In this document: piece by piece, positions 8,354 to 20,282 of the stretch | Layout: each line of letters opens with the position of its first letter | How positions within the stretch are numbered: the stretch's first letter is position 1 | Assembly: GCA_030147845.1 (NCBI GenBank) | Contig: JASBUN010000051.1 | Location: 33,146-97,145 of the forward strand | Origin: Gammaproteobacteria bacterium | GTDB lineage: Bacteria; Pseudomonadota; Gammaproteobacteria; JASBUN01 | Reading direction: 5' to 3' | Length of the DNA: 64,000 nucleotides | Made by a program: the position numbers and the translations under genes | The notes under the pieces: model-generated | The model's database searches: none | What the model was told of the DNA's origin: nothing | What the model saw: the letters and a program-made list of their open reading frames with translations, nothing else

Positions 8354-9334
8354 TTATTTGCGCACGGTGTTGTGCGCCAGGCAAGAACGATCTCGGCCCA
8401 GCCGTTTGGCGCGATAGAGGGCCGAGTCGGCGCGTGCGATCAGCGTGTCCGCGGTTTCATCGGCACACCATTCGGCTACGCCGATGGACGCGGTAACGCC
8501 GGGCAGCGGTTCGCCGTGGCGGCCATTGATGCTTTGCTGCCTGATCGCGGTCAAAACACGCTCGGCCACCTGGGTGGCTTCGATTAGGGTTGCGTCAGGC
8601 AGCAGTACAGCGATTTCCTCGCCGCCGTAACGCGCGGCGTGGTCGCCTGGACGCATATGCGCGCGCACTGTTTGCGAGAATGTGCTCAACGCCAAGTCAC
8701 CGGCCAGATGGCCATGGGTATCGTTGTATTGCTTGAAATAGTCGATGTCGATCATCAATAGCGACAAGTGTGCCTCACGGTGCTGACAATGTTGAATCAA
8801 CACGCGTAAGGATTGATCGAACCAGTGCCGGTTGTAGAGACCGGTTAGCGCGTCGACCCATGCTTGTGTCTCCAGTTCATCGCGTTCAACCAGACTGCGA
8901 CCGAGTAGCAAGTTGTCCTTGCGCAGACGTCGGCAGACCATGCGCAGCAGGTTTAGCGTCACGCAACGCGAATGCGACAACACCGTACGTAGCGTCGCGC
9001 CATCGACCAGCAGCAGGCGGCTGCGCACCACGGTAGTGACGTAGGCGGACGGCGGCAGTGCTTCAATGACGGACATCTCGCCGACGCAGTGACCACGCCC
9101 TAGGCGCGCGATAACGCGTTCGCCTTTAGCGTCGAGTTGCACTTGCACTTCGCCGTCTAATACGACATACATTTGGTCTTCGAAACGTTCCGGCGCGAGC
9201 AGTAGTTGGCCGGCTGGGAACTCTTCGATGCGGCAAAGAGGTGGTAACCAGGACAGTTCAGGGGGGGCTTCGCCCTGAAACAGCGGCAATTCAATCAATT
9301 CTTCAGCGGTGATACTGGCATCGACTTTGGTCAT
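8354..9334 (-). CDS. cNMP-binding domain diguanylate cyclase
   Basis: N-terminal CAP-like domain (GEMSVI); DALTGLYNR, DIDYFKQYND, RPGD I-site, RYGGEEI. Confidence 0.9.
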   Translation of the reverse strand: MTKVDASITAEELIELPLFQGEAPPELSWLPPLCRIEEFPAGQLLLAPERFEDQMYVVLDGEVQVQLDAKGERVIARLGRGHCVGEMSVIEALPPSAYVTTVVRSRLLLVDGATLRTVLSHSRCVTLNLLRMVCRRLRKDNLLLGRSLVERDELETQAWVDALTGLYNRHWFDQSLRVLIQHCQHREAHLSLLMIDIDYFKQYNDTHGHLAGDLALSTFSQTVRAHMRPGDHAARYGGEEIAVLLPDATLIEATQVAERVLTAIRQQSINGRHGEPLPGVTASIGVAEWCADETADTLIARADSALYRAKRLGRDRSCLAHNTVRK

Positions 9335-9757
9335 TGTAAGTATTCGCTTGGCCTGCCGTATCGGCACACAGGCACGAAGCAAAGACCGTACCAGCGCTTA
9401 TGTGAAGCGATGCTGAAATGACGCAAGTGTTGATGCGATGGTTATTTTTTTACGGAAATTAGGCCGATTGAGGCAGCAAATCAGCAGTACGTGAGACGCT
9501 GCTATGTGGATTTCGTGTCGCGTGATGACGACGCTGGAGGGAATACGCGGTAAACATGGATGCCGGACCTATCCACCATCAAGCGGCCCTCGATGCCGGC
9601 CCGAAATCGCCAAACATGATTCTTGTTGCCGCGGTAATGACGATGCCGAAAATCGGTTTGAGGCTTGTCCACGCTGTTTGATCCGGGCGTCAACCGGACA
9701 AGCGCGACCGTCGAAACCGGCGGATTGCCGGTTTACGTGCACTATTTCAACTGCTTT

Positions 9758-10372
9758 TTAGTTGTCGTTAATAAGCTGTTTGAGATCGTGCGTGTACGAC
9801 TTGGCCGGATCGGTGCCGCGACCGAGTAGACGTACATCGCCTTTGCGGTCGAACACGAACACCGCGCTGCTATGCGAGACTTCGTAGTTGCCGTGCGCGT
9901 CCGCCTTACCCAGCCCATAGGTCACGCGATAACGCTTGGTCAGATAGCGCAGTTCCTTTTGATCGCCGCGCAAGCCGATGAACTGTGGGCCGAATGCTTG
10001 CACATAACTTTTCAGTACCGCTGTGGTATCCCGCGCCGGGTCGACGCTGACGAACAAAATGCGCACTGCGTTGGCTTCGGCCCCTAATTTACGCAGCGCT
10101 TGCGCCAGTGTGGCCAATGTCGTTGGGCAGATGTCAGGACAGTTCGTGTAGCCAAAATACAGGACCGGAATTTTGCCGCGTAAATCGGACGCCTGCAGTG
10201 TTTTACCGTCTTGATCGGTCAGTGTAAATTTGAGCTGTGGCATGATGCCGGTGATATTGGTCAAATCCCACTTCTGCGGACTACTGCAACCACTCACTGC
10301 CGTCAGTAACACCAGTACTAGGCCGGCGATGCGTGCTACCCGAGGTGCTCTCGTCTTAGGATGTGTCATCAC
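9758..10372 (-). CDS. SCO1/SenC-family copper chaperone lipoprotein
   Basis: FGYTNCPDICP CxxxC, SVDPARD, conserved His (VSHSS), lipobox VSGC. Confidence 0.93.
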   Translation of the reverse strand: MMTHPKTRAPRVARIAGLVLVLLTAVSGCSSPQKWDLTNITGIMPQLKFTLTDQDGKTLQASDLRGKIPVLYFGYTNCPDICPTTLATLAQALRKLGAEANAVRILFVSVDPARDTTAVLKSYVQAFGPQFIGLRGDQKELRYLTKRYRVTYGLGKADAHGNYEVSHSSAVFVFDRKGDVRLLGRGTDPAKSYTHDLKQLINDN

Positions 10373-10848
10373 TGTGCCCCCACCGGCACGACCTTGAATT
10401 CGACCGTGAGTGCGCCGGAGTTTTTGAACTGCAGTTGAATCGGAACCGTATCGCCGACCGATAGTGATTGTTGGCGACCCATGAGCATGAGATGGTAGCT
10501 GCCTGGGCGAAAGTGCACCGATTTTCGCGGTTGTATGGTCAGCTTGGCCACCGGCGCCATTTTACTCATGCCGTCCGATTCGAAACTACGATGCATCATG
10601 ATTTGCTTGAATGAGCCGCTGATGGCGCCGGTTAATGTCACCGGCGCGGAGCCGTCATTGGTGAGCGTGAAGTAGCCAGCCAAAGGCAGGTTGCCCGGCA
10701 GCAGCCGCACCCGCGCCTGCGTGATGACTACGGAGGGTACCGGCGCAGCATTGGCGACAGCGCATGACAGCAGCAACGCCAACATCATACTACCGCGTCC
10801 GTGCGTACCGGAAATACTGACGTGCTTTTGCCAATGTATGCGCTGCAT
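10369..10848 (-). CDS. PCu(A)C copper chaperone
   Basis: MMH-x6-M-x2-M...PGSYHLMLMG motif; signal peptide. Confidence 0.9.
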   Translation of the reverse strand: MQRIHWQKHVSISGTHGRGSMMLALLLSCAVANAAPVPSVVITQARVRLLPGNLPLAGYFTLTNDGSAPVTLTGAISGSFKQIMMHRSFESDGMSKMAPVAKLTIQPRKSVHFRPGSYHLMLMGRQQSLSVGDTVPIQLQFKNSGALTVEFKVVPVGAQ

Positions 10849-10872
10849 GCGTTTGTCTCCTCGTTGTCGGTA

Positions 10873-11730
10873 TCAAGCCAGTTCGGATTTAACCAAAGCG
10901 GCGCCGGGCGAACGCCGTCGTGCGCTGTCGCGCAACCACATACGTAGCACCACCACGGCGGCGATGACGCTCATCATACTGGTTGGGATCCAGGTGATCA
11001 GGCCGCCGATTTCCTGATCGACCAATGGGCTGATCGGCCACGCGCGTCCGCAAACGTTGTAGACGTCGTAGACGATCGAGTGATGCAGCGCAATATAGGC
11101 GCCGAGCACGATTTGCGGCATCGTGATAGCCCACAACAGTAAAATACGCCAACCGAAACCCAGGCCACCGCGCTCACGCGCATTGGGATTTACGATCAGC
11201 CACCAGAACAGCAGACCGTCGAGTAGCATGCTCCAATTCATGACCTGATAACGCGTCAGGCTCAGCATCGCTTTGAAGTGAATTTCGGGCATCAACCAGA
11301 AATAGATTAAGCCGACGAACAGGCCGGCGGCGACGATCGGGTGTTGCAGGAAACGGTAGGCGGCCTGTACCACGCGGCTGCGCCATACGGGAACCAGCAG
11401 GCGATGCGCGAAGTGCGGCAAACCGCGCGCCATGGCCGCTTGTGGTGCAGCCAACATGAGCAGGAACGGCCCGGTATGGTGTAACACCAGATGCTGGGCG
11501 CGGTGAACCCAAAACATATGCTGTGAGTAGTAATCGATACGAGTCTGCATGACTACGTATATGGCAATCAAACCGACGAAGAACGACAACCATCGCCAAA
11601 TGCCGGGGCGCGCCTCGTCCGGCCCCATCGCCAGTGAGCCGCGCACGAATAACACCGCCGACAGTAGGCAAACCGCCAATACTGTCGGCGAGAAATCGTA
11701 CGGCGTCATAAACGCAATGAATGTGGACAT
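10873..11730 (-). CDS. Cytochrome c oxidase assembly factor (caa3 CtaG-like)
   Basis: FWVHRAQHLVLHH, DQEIGGLITWIP, multiple TMs; in an operon with PCuAC and SCO. Confidence 0.85.
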   Translation of the reverse strand: MSTFIAFMTPYDFSPTVLAVCLLSAVLFVRGSLAMGPDEARPGIWRWLSFFVGLIAIYVVMQTRIDYYSQHMFWVHRAQHLVLHHTGPFLLMLAAPQAAMARGLPHFAHRLLVPVWRSRVVQAAYRFLQHPIVAAGLFVGLIYFWLMPEIHFKAMLSLTRYQVMNWSMLLDGLLFWWLIVNPNARERGGLGFGWRILLLWAITMPQIVLGAYIALHHSIVYDVYNVCGRAWPISPLVDQEIGGLITWIPTSMMSVIAAVVVLRMWLRDSARRRSPGAALVKSELA

Positions 11731-11968
11731 CGGTGGTCCGAAACGGTGCGCGAGTCGCAACCGGCGTCAAGCAGCGCGCCGGGTGCTTTCCGGCGCAGAT
11801 GGTAGCAGAGCGTAGCGACCGCGTACACCCGGAGTCCGTCTCGCAACCCGCAAAAAAGCGTGCAAACGGCGTTCTTGAGTATGTATGCAGCCATGCTGGG
11901 TGCGCCGTTTCCGCGTCCGTGGCAGAATCTCCGCTCGACGCCGAAGGCGGTCCATGAATGTGGTGCCC

Positions 11969-14900
11969 ATGTCTAATCATTTTATCCATATAAAAGGTGC
12001 CAGGCAGAACAACCTCAAAGGCTTTGATTTACGGCTGCCGCTGCACGAGCTGATTGTCATCACCGGCGTCAGCGGTTCGGGGAAATCCTCGCTGGCTTTC
12101 GATACCGTATATGCGGAGGGACAGCGCCGCTACGTCGAGACCTTCTCGCCATATGCGCGTCAATTTCTCGATCGCATGGATAAGCCGAAAGTCGAGCGCG
12201 TCGACGGCATACCGCCGTCCATTGCGATTGATCAGACTAACCCGGTGCGTACCTCGCGCTCCACGGTCGGCACCATGACCGAGCTCAACGATCATCTGAA
12301 ATTGCTGTTTGCACGCGCCGCGCGATTGTATTGTCGCGACTGCGCGCAGCCGGTGACGCGCGACGATGCCAATAGTATTTTCGAACAGTTGCTTGGGCTT
12401 GCCGCAAACGCCGACGCCGCAATGGTGATGGTGACGTTTCCAATCACGGTACCGGAAAATTTTTCTGAACGAGAGGTGCGCGAGCTATTGGCGCGTCAGG
12501 GTTACGGGCGCGTACATCGCCGGCACGGAAGTCGACTGGATGTCGTACAGGATCGGGTGCGCGCTTCGGCAGCGCAGCGTGATCGCCTGGTCGAGGCGTT
12601 AGAAGCTGCGCTCAAATATGGCCAGGGCTACGTCAGTGTCTATCCCCTCGACGCCGATCGCAAAGCGGGGAAGCCGTGGCATTTTTCCGCTGCTCTACAC
12701 TGCGCCGAATGCGATATCGATTATGCCGAACCGACGCCGAATTTGTTTTCGTTCAACTCGCCGGTCGGCGCCTGCCCGACTTGCCGCGGATTCGGGCGCA
12801 CCATGGGCATCGATTACGACTTGGTCGTACCCGATGGTTCCAGGACTTTGGCCGGCGGCGCCATCAAGCCGTGGCAGACCGACAGCTATATCGAGTGTCA
12901 GCGTGATCTAACGCGCTTTGCGCGCCTACGTGGTGTTCCGCTCGAGGTGCCGTGGAACAAGCTCTCCAAAGCGCATCAACAATGGGTTTTGGAAGGCGAG
13001 GGCGAGTGGGACGATGGTAAATGGTACGGCGTGCGACGTTTCTTCGCTTGGCTTGAAACCAAAAGCTACAAAATGCACATTCGCGTGTTGCTGTCCAAGT
13101 ACCGCGCGTACGATGCCTGCCCTGATTGCGGCGGCGCGCGCTTGAAGACCGCTGCGCTGTTGTGGCGCGTTGGCGACGAGCACAATGCCGCGCGAGTTTT
13201 ACCCGTGGAACAGCGCTTTTCGCCGGCCGGTATCGGTTGTGCGAGCGCGCGCTTTCGCGCGCTTCCAGGGTTGACTCTGCATGATGTAATGCAACTTCCC
13301 ATCGAGCGCTGTCGCGAATTCTTTGAACATATCCATCTGCCGACACCCATGGACCAGGCGGCCGACGTATTACTCGGTGAAATTCGCGCACGACTTCGTT
13401 ATCTCGGCCAGGTAGGGCTGGACTATCTAAGTTTGGATCGGCAATCGCGTACGTTGAGCGGTGGCGAAGTGCAGCGCATCAATTTGACTACCGCGCTGGG
13501 AACTTCGCTGGTCAATACGCTGTTTGTGCTCGATGAGCCGAGCGTCGGCTTGCATCCGCGCGATATGCAGCGGGTGGTGAGCATATTGCATCAACTGCGC
13601 GATGCCGGAAATTCGCTGTTGGTGGTAGAGCACGACCCGCAAGTCATGTTGGCCGCCGACCGCGTGTTGGACTTGGGACCCGGGCCGGGCGAGCAAGGCG
13701 GTGAAGTGGTTTTTTTCGGCACGCCAAAACAGCTGCTGCGCTCTCGCCGATCGTTGACAGCCGATTACTTGGCAGGCCGCACGACGGTCGGCGGCGATGC
13801 TGGAAGGCGCGCTGAGCTACCGTCTTCGGCGCACGATTCAATACAAATTGTTGGGGCGGCTGAAAATAATCTCAAAGTCATCGACGTGTCGATTCCTTTG
13901 CATCAGTTGGTGTGCATTACCGGCGTTAGCGGTTCGGGCAAGTCGACCCTGATCCAGGACGTGTTGTATAAGGCGCTGCGCAAACTCAAGGGCCGGCCGG
14001 TGGAGCCCGCCGGCGCGCATCGCGCCATCCGCGGCCATGAGAGAATCGACGACGTAGTGCTGGTGGACCAGTCGCCAATAGGCAAAACGACGCGCTCCAA
14101 CCCGGCTAGCTACGTCGGTGCGCTCGACGCTATTCGCAAACTATTTGCCGCGCAACCGTTGGCGCGTGCGCGCGGCTATAGCGCCGGTACATTCAGCTTT
14201 AATTCCGGTACCGGGCGTTGTCCGACCTGCGGTGGGAACGGATTCGAACACGTTGAAATGCAGTTCTTGAGCGATGTCTATATTCGCTGCCCGGACTGCG
14301 ACGGCACGCGCTATCGTCCTGAAGTACTTGAGGTCAAACTACTGCCGTCCGCGGGCGGGATGGCGGCGCCGGTTTCGATTGCCGGCGTCCTAGAGATGAC
14401 TGTATCGGAGGCGGTGACGTGGTTCGCCGATCATGCCGAGATAATACGCGTTCTGGGACCGCTGCAGGCCGTAGGGCTGAGCTACCTGCGCTTGGGTCAG
14501 CCGGTGCCGACGCTGAGCGGTGGTGAGGCGCAACGGCTGAAGCTGGCGGGTCATCTCGCGCGCGCGCGCGGCGCCAAGTCCGACGGCACCACGTTGTTCA
14601 TTTTTGATGAGCCCACTACCGGCTTGCATTTCGACGATATTGCCCGTTTGTTGCGAGCCTTTGATGCATTGCTCGAACAGGGGCATTCGTTGGTGGTCAT
14701 CGAGCATAATCTGGACGTAATCGGGGCCGCCGATTGGATCGTTGATCTGGGGCCAGAGGGCGGCGATGCCGGCGGCAGCGTGGTATATGTTGGTACGCCC
14801 GCGGCGTTGACGCGCACTGGCGTTAGTCATACCGGCGTCGCGTTACGCCAATATCAGCGCGCACGCGGGCTTGCGGCATCGGCGGCTCAGGTGGTCGATG

Positions 14901-17575
14901 ACGGTAAGCCGGCATCGACATCGAGCACGCCCAGAGCCGGCACTGCAATCCGCATACGCAATGCTCGTGAGCATAATCTGCGCGGCATCGATGTTGATAT
15001 CCCACTGGACAAATTTACGGTTATTACCGGTGTCAGCGGCAGCGGCAAGAGTACGCTGGCGTTCGATATTCTGTTCGGTGAGGGGCAGCGGCGTTATCTG
15101 GAATCGCTCAACGCCTACGCGCGTCAGTTCGTACAGCCTTCGGCGCGTCCCGATGTCGACGCGATCACGGGAATACCGCCGACGGTGGCTATCGAGCAGC
15201 GTACCAGCCGCGGCGGCCGCAAGAGTACCGTGGCGACCTTGACCGAGATTTACCACTTTTTGCGGCTCCTGTTCGTCAAGCTCGGAACCCAATACTGTCC
15301 GGACTGCGATATACCGATCGAGGCACAGAGTGCGGAGACCATCCTAGCGCGCATCCTGCAGCAGTTTCGTGGCCGACAGGTCACGTTGTTTGCGCCTCTG
15401 GTGGTGGCGCGTAAGGGCTACTACACCGAGCTCGCGCAGTGGGCGGCCGGCAAAGGCTATGCGCAACTACGCGTCGATGGGGTGATGACGCCGACCGGGC
15501 AGTGGCCACGCCTGGAGCGTTTTCGTGAGCACAGTATCGATTTGCCGGTTGCCAGCATGGTGATATCGGCCAAGACCGAAGCGGAGTTGCGCGCTGTGCT
15601 CGCGCATGCCTTGGAGTTAGGTAAAGGCGTAGTTGAGGTACAGGCCTTGCAAAAGCGTCCGCGCGCCGCCGCTGCAAGCAACGCCGGTTGCGCCGTATTC
15701 TCGGTTCATCGCGCCTGCCCCGGTTGTGGACGCAGCTTCAAGGAGCTTGATCCGCGTCTGTTCTCATACAACTCCAAGCACGGTTGGTGCGAGCACTGCT
15801 ACGGCACCGGACTGCTGTTGACTGGATTCGATGCCGAGCAAAGCGGTGAGGAGATTCAATGGAACCAGTGGTGGGAAGGTGAAGCACGCACTTGTCCGAG
15901 CTGTGACGGTCATCGTCTGCGTGCCGAGGCATTGGCGGTGCGCGTTGACGGTCACTCCATCGGCGAGTATACGCGCTTGACGGTGCAACAGGCCGGAAGC
16001 GCGTTCGGTGCGTTGCGGCTACGCGGGCGCGCGGGTGAAATAGGGCGCGATATCATTCCTGAACTGCGTTCACGATTGTCCTTCTTGGTCGAAGTAGGGT
16101 TGGGGTATTTGTCGCTGGATCGTTCCGCGCCTACCTTGAGCGGTGGTGAGGCGCAGCGCATCCGTTTGGCCGCGCAACTGGGTTCCAATCTACGCGGCGT
16201 GTGTTACGTCCTTGATGAACCCACCATCGGTCTGCATCCGCGTGACAATCGCATGTTGCTGGCGACGCTCGGCAAACTAGCCGCTAAAGGCAACACCATT
16301 GTCGTTGTCGAGCACGACGAAGATACAATCCGCCGAGCCGAGCATGTCATCGACTTGGGACCCGGGGCCGGGGTCGATGGTGGTCGCCTGGTCGCTACCG
16401 GGACGCTCAAATCGATTATGGCGGCGCCGGATTCGGTAACCGGCCGGTTTTTGTCTATGCCGCTGGGTCATCCTCTGCAGCGGCAACGGCCAGTGGCCAC
16501 CAAGCAACCGGCCTTACGAATCGTCGGTGCTGATTTGCACAATTTACGGCGCCTAAGCGCACGCTTTCCGCTGCAACGATTGCTGTGCGTTACCGGGGTC
16601 AGTGGCAGCGGCAAGAGTACGCTGGTACGGCAGGTGTTGCGTGAAAATTTGCAGCGCTTATTGTCCCGCGGCAAACGTCGTAAGGCGGCGTCGGTACCGT
16701 TAGTCGGTTGCCGCGAATTACGTGGTTGGGAGATGATCGACCGCGTATTGGAGGTCGATCAGACGCCGATCGGCAAGACGCCGCGCTCGTGCCCGGCAAC
16801 CTATGTCGGTTTTTGGGACCAGGTGCGGCGTTTGTACGCCGACACCACTGAGGCGCGTATACGGGCTTTCGGTCCAAGCCGATTCTCGTTCAATGTCAAA
16901 GGCGGCCGTTGTCCGGCGTGCGACGGTCAAGGTGTAAAGCGCATTGAGATGAGTTTTCTTCCCGATGTGATCGTGCCTTGCGAGGTGTGTGCCGGCGCGC
17001 GTTTTACGCCGGACACCTTGTTGGTGAAGTACAAAGAGCGCTCCATCGCTGATGTCCTGGCAATGAGCGTAAATGAGGCGACCGATTTTTTTTCCGCGCA
17101 TGCCAAAATTCATCATGCCTTACAACTGCTGCAGGATGTCGGACTGGGCTACCTGCGCCTAGGTCAGCCAAGCCCGACCCTCAGTGGCGGCGAGGCACAG
17201 CGCATTAAACTGGTTACCGAATTGGCCAAGGCGCAACCGATACGCGGCGTCGGGCCGATTGGCAAGCATACCTTATATATATTGGACGAGCCGACCATCG
17301 GCTTGCATATGGCCGATGTCGAAAAGTTAGTGCGCGTTCTGCATCGCTTGGTGGATGCAGGCAATACCGTGCTGGTTATCGAGCATAATCTGGACGTCGT
17401 TGCCGAGGCCGATTGGTTAATCGACTTGGGACCTGAAGGCGGTGACGGCGGCGGCCGCATCGTCGTCCAGGGCGCGCCGCAATCGGTCGCACAGAAACGA
17501 CGCTCGGCGTCACATACGGCATCCGCGCTGGCTCAATTTCTGCGTCAACGCCGTTGCCCTAAAGGCGGTAAGTGA
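11969..17575 (+). CDS. uvrA: Double-length excinuclease ABC subunit A (tandem UvrA)
   Basis: GARQNNLK, four Walker A GVSGSGKS, four LSGGE signatures, repeated zinc-finger CxxC pairs; two full UvrA modules. Confidence 0.93.
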   Translation: MSNHFIHIKGARQNNLKGFDLRLPLHELIVITGVSGSGKSSLAFDTVYAEGQRRYVETFSPYARQFLDRMDKPKVERVDGIPPSIAIDQTNPVRTSRSTVGTMTELNDHLKLLFARAARLYCRDCAQPVTRDDANSIFEQLLGLAANADAAMVMVTFPITVPENFSEREVRELLARQGYGRVHRRHGSRLDVVQDRVRASAAQRDRLVEALEAALKYGQGYVSVYPLDADRKAGKPWHFSAALHCAECDIDYAEPTPNLFSFNSPVGACPTCRGFGRTMGIDYDLVVPDGSRTLAGGAIKPWQTDSYIECQRDLTRFARLRGVPLEVPWNKLSKAHQQWVLEGEGEWDDGKWYGVRRFFAWLETKSYKMHIRVLLSKYRAYDACPDCGGARLKTAALLWRVGDEHNAARVLPVEQRFSPAGIGCASARFRALPGLTLHDVMQLPIERCREFFEHIHLPTPMDQAADVLLGEIRARLRYLGQVGLDYLSLDRQSRTLSGGEVQRINLTTALGTSLVNTLFVLDEPSVGLHPRDMQRVVSILHQLRDAGNSLLVVEHDPQVMLAADRVLDLGPGPGEQGGEVVFFGTPKQLLRSRRSLTADYLAGRTTVGGDAGRRAELPSSAHDSIQIVGAAENNLKVIDVSIPLHQLVCITGVSGSGKSTLIQDVLYKALRKLKGRPVEPAGAHRAIRGHERIDDVVLVDQSPIGKTTRSNPASYVGALDAIRKLFAAQPLARARGYSAGTFSFNSGTGRCPTCGGNGFEHVEMQFLSDVYIRCPDCDGTRYRPEVLEVKLLPSAGGMAAPVSIAGVLEMTVSEAVTWFADHAEIIRVLGPLQAVGLSYLRLGQPVPTLSGGEAQRLKLAGHLARARGAKSDGTTLFIFDEPTTGLHFDDIARLLRAFDALLEQGHSLVVIEHNLDVIGAADWIVDLGPEGGDAGGSVVYVGTPAALTRTGVSHTGVALRQYQRARGLAASAAQVVDDGKPASTSSTPRAGTAIRIRNAREHNLRGIDVDIPLDKFTVITGVSGSGKSTLAFDILFGEGQRRYLESLNAYARQFVQPSARPDVDAITGIPPTVAIEQRTSRGGRKSTVATLTEIYHFLRLLFVKLGTQYCPDCDIPIEAQSAETILARILQQFRGRQVTLFAPLVVARKGYYTELAQWAAGKGYAQLRVDGVMTPTGQWPRLERFREHSIDLPVASMVISAKTEAELRAVLAHALELGKGVVEVQALQKRPRAAAASNAGCAVFSVHRACPGCGRSFKELDPRLFSYNSKHGWCEHCYGTGLLLTGFDAEQSGEEIQWNQWWEGEARTCPSCDGHRLRAEALAVRVDGHSIGEYTRLTVQQAGSAFGALRLRGRAGEIGRDIIPELRSRLSFLVEVGLGYLSLDRSAPTLSGGEAQRIRLAAQLGSNLRGVCYVLDEPTIGLHPRDNRMLLATLGKLAAKGNTIVVVEHDEDTIRRAEHVIDLGPGAGVDGGRLVATGTLKSIMAAPDSVTGRFLSMPLGHPLQRQRPVATKQPALRIVGADLHNLRRLSARFPLQRLLCVTGVSGSGKSTLVRQVLRENLQRLLSRGKRRKAASVPLVGCRELRGWEMIDRVLEVDQTPIGKTPRSCPATYVGFWDQVRRLYADTTEARIRAFGPSRFSFNVKGGRCPACDGQGVKRIEMSFLPDVIVPCEVCAGARFTPDTLLVKYKERSIADVLAMSVNEATDFFSAHAKIHHALQLLQDVGLGYLRLGQPSPTLSGGEAQRIKLVTELAKAQPIRGVGPIGKHTLYILDEPTIGLHMADVEKLVRVLHRLVDAGNTVLVIEHNLDVVAEADWLIDLGPEGGDGGGRIVVQGAPQSVAQKRRSASHTASALAQFLRQRRCPKGGK

Positions 17576-17746
17576 TTTGAACGAACGCTGTCGTCGATGA
17601 ATTATTTTGCATCAAATGACGCAAATTTTTCTCTTTACATGCGATCGTTGTAATCGTAAATGTAGGCCGCATTTCGACTGGTGCTGGCGGTGGATTGAGA
17701 CCAGCCCGATGTCCGCGACGCTACAATTTTTTTTGGTGAGAAGAGC

Positions 17747-17971
17747 ATGACAGAACGCGACTTTTGCGCTATCGAATTCGACAACCTCGACAACGCTGCG
17801 GCGCGAGCGCAACGCGTCGGCGATTCGACCGGCACCTCGATGAGGAAGGCCGGCGCCCGCTCGATGGCGAACGACGAGCAACGGCAGCGCGTAGCGCGAC
17901 GTCAGTTGGAGCACTATCTCGATAGCAGGCGCCTGGATTCGGCGCTGCGTGACGTGTTCGATGAATCGTAA
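17747..17971 (+). CDS. Small protein, PA3496-like family
   Basis: C-terminal ARRQLEHYLDSRRLDSALRDVFD; upstream GAGAAGAG; paralogue at 29795. Confidence 0.6.
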   Translation: MTERDFCAIEFDNLDNAAARAQRVGDSTGTSMRKAGARSMANDEQRQRVARRQLEHYLDSRRLDSALRDVFDES

Positions 17972-17994
17972 TCGCGTATTACGCTTAACGCCGC

Positions 17995-18038
17995 TTTACT
18001 GCGCGTAAATTGCGCTTGTTGGCCGCGTTCCACCTTGT
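17995..18038 (+). repeat. Degenerate copy of the MITE core repeat
   Basis: TTTACtgcgcGTAAAtTGCGCTT...GTTCCaCCTTGT aligns with 20178-20222. Confidence 0.6.
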
Positions 18039-18072
18039 TGTTATGTCCTAGGCCGAGTCAGTCAGCATTTCC

Positions 18073-18942
18073 CTACTTGGCGGGACTGCCGGCGGCGCCG
18101 CCGTCAGCGGTAAAATAACTGAGTACGCGCACAATTAAATCACATTTTCCGGGGTTGAGAGGATGTGCGGCATAGGCATAGCGCATAATCTCGGGCGCAT
18201 CTTGTACTAGGAACAGGCGTCCATCGGCGATCTCGCGAGTGACACTGGCGCGCGCCAAGTACGCCGCTCCGCCGCATGCCAGCAAGAACGAGCGCGCCAC
18301 TCGGCCGTGACTGACCCGTATCCGTGGCGACGGCGCGTCGGGGAAATGCCGCGCGTGCGCGACCGCGAAAGAGGTTCCCCAGTCCACCAGCACGTAGTCC
18401 GTGGAAATAGCTTGTTGTGCGGTTTGCCCTGGTTGCGTCGATACCATCGCCAACGGCACGGCGAAAACTTCCGTGACCGCTAACTGCGCCATCTGCGGCG
18501 ACTCGAACAGAAACGCGAGATCGATCGCGCCCTCCTGCAGCCGGCGCATGAGCAAGTCCTGATTCATGACTTCCACTTGCAGTGATGCGTCCGGCACGGC
18601 GCTATGCAGCCAATGCAGCCAGTCTTGCAGAGCGACGTCCCACAGACTGGGAACACCGCCCACCGTTAACGGCACCTGAGAGACATCTTCGACCACGATT
18701 TCCTGACGGGCGCGGTTCCAGCTGTTGAGAATGCGTTCGGCGTGGATGACCAACTTCTGGCCGGTTGCGGTCAGTTGTATATCGTTGCGCGTACGTGTGA
18801 ACAGCGGCACGCCGACCAAGTCCTCAAGCTGCCGGACGCGGGCACTAACGGCCGACTGGCTTACGTAAAGATTGTCCGCGGCGTGCCCGAAGTGGCGCGT
18901 CCGGTTGACTTCGAGAAATGTTTTCAGCAGCTCCGTATCCAT
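18073..18942 (-). CDS. hdfR: LysR-family regulator HdfR-like
   Basis: MDTELLKTFLEVNRTRHFGHAADNLYVSQSAVSARVRQLE is close to the HdfR N-terminus; DWGTSF motif. Confidence 0.8.
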   Translation of the reverse strand: MDTELLKTFLEVNRTRHFGHAADNLYVSQSAVSARVRQLEDLVGVPLFTRTRNDIQLTATGQKLVIHAERILNSWNRARQEIVVEDVSQVPLTVGGVPSLWDVALQDWLHWLHSAVPDASLQVEVMNQDLLMRRLQEGAIDLAFLFESPQMAQLAVTEVFAVPLAMVSTQPGQTAQQAISTDYVLVDWGTSFAVAHARHFPDAPSPRIRVSHGRVARSFLLACGGAAYLARASVTREIADGRLFLVQDAPEIMRYAYAAHPLNPGKCDLIVRVLSYFTADGGAAGSPAK

Positions 18943-19466
18943 GTTGGCTCGGCGGTTCGTGAATCGGCGGTGCAGATGGTTACGGGAGCTATGTACATGG
19001 ATTCGGCATAGGGCGCAAGAGGAAACGACAAAAACCAATCAGTGTCACGCCTATGCGTCCCGGTGTCGAATCGATTTTCCTATCAAACCGCGGCGGGATG
19101 CCGCGCCATTGATGCAACGCCGGTACGGCCTCCGTCCACCTGCTGCCGGCTCACGGTTATGCCGGCATGGTTGCCGACGCCGGCGCCAGGGCGGTGCAGC
19201 GCACGGCTAAAACCGCTCGCCGCAGGCCATGGCTCAATCCCGGGCGATGCGCCCGACCGTGATTCCGGCTACCGCTTCCGGTTTGCCCGACCGACCGGCG
19301 CCGCGCTGACTGAGCGGAGATTTGACCCGTCGTTTAAGTGGGGATCGAGCGATACTTCGCCAACCGTATTATGCGGTGCCGCCGTGATGCATCGGTTACA
19401 ATGCCTCAACGCACGTGGGCCCTGTGCATCGCCGGCGCCTGCACTTTCTAGCAAAAGAGTGACGAT

Positions 19467-19769
19467 ATGAAAACGGATAAGCGCTATGTGGGGATAGATG
19501 ACGACGTTGACGGCGCGATGACCCACATCGGCACCATCATTCGCGACGCTTGGGTGTTCGGCCTTATCCCCGAGACCGAAACATGCAAGGACTGGGACCT
19601 GGCACGTATTCAGGCGTTATACGATCAGGTCGACGCGGCATGGGAACCGTACGGGCATTTAGTCAGCCTACTACCGGCCGAACTGCGTGAGCGCCATGCG
19701 CGGATATATGATGCGGCGGTGGCGCGCGCCCGAGGACTGGGCTGGTCGCCGAATATGGAGGAAGGCTAG
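19467..19769 (+). CDS. Hypothetical 100-aa protein
   Basis: Protein-like composition (IIRDAWVFGLIPETETC) and plausible start; no family recognised. Confidence 0.7.
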   Translation: MKTDKRYVGIDDDVDGAMTHIGTIIRDAWVFGLIPETETCKDWDLARIQALYDQVDAAWEPYGHLVSLLPAELRERHARIYDAAVARARGLGWSPNMEEG

Positions 19770-20109
19770 GCGCGCGCGGTATCGTGGTTAGTGGTTTCCG
19801 GCGCGCCATGGCTAAACCTTACGGCAGTCGAGGGCAGTCTGGTCCAGTGATCAGCTTGCCGGCGGCATAAGGTGCCGGACCTGCTTCGATGCGGCTGGTT
19901 GGAAGCCGGGTCCGAGTGTACGGATTCGATACCACGACCGCGGTTACATTCATCTCGATCGGTTGTTCCTGCTTGGCGTCTTCCGGGTGCGATACGATAG
20001 ACCGCGCACGCCGAAGCGCGCGCCACGGTTACGACGGTTGGCGCGGCGCTCATGTTTGTCGGTATGCCGCCGCTGTATGAGCCAAGTCGCACGTTGTTAG
20101 GGATGCGTT

Positions 20110-20261
20110 GATTAACAGGTTGTTGAAAAACCCTCGGGCGGCGCCATGCGGCGTTGGAAAACGGCTCAAAATGCTCATTTACTGATGTGTAAACTGCGCT
20201 TTCTCGCCGTGTTCCGCCTTGTCCGGCATCCACCGGAGACTTTTTCAACAACCTGTTAATC
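20110..20261. mobile_element. MITE-like element with perfect 21-bp terminal inverted repeats
   Basis: GATTAACAGGTTGTTGAAAAA ... TTTTTCAACAACCTGTTAATC; non-coding 110-bp interior with core AATGCTCATTTAC-N-GTAAACTGCGCTTT. Confidence 0.8.
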
Positions 20262-20282
20262 CGCGGAGCGGCGTTGGCTATA

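Noticed and set aside
11760..11968. LexA box and the long N-terminal extension of UvrA from 11885
   Set aside because: No CTGT-N8-ACAG; the extension is Arg-rich and lies before the conserved UvrA start
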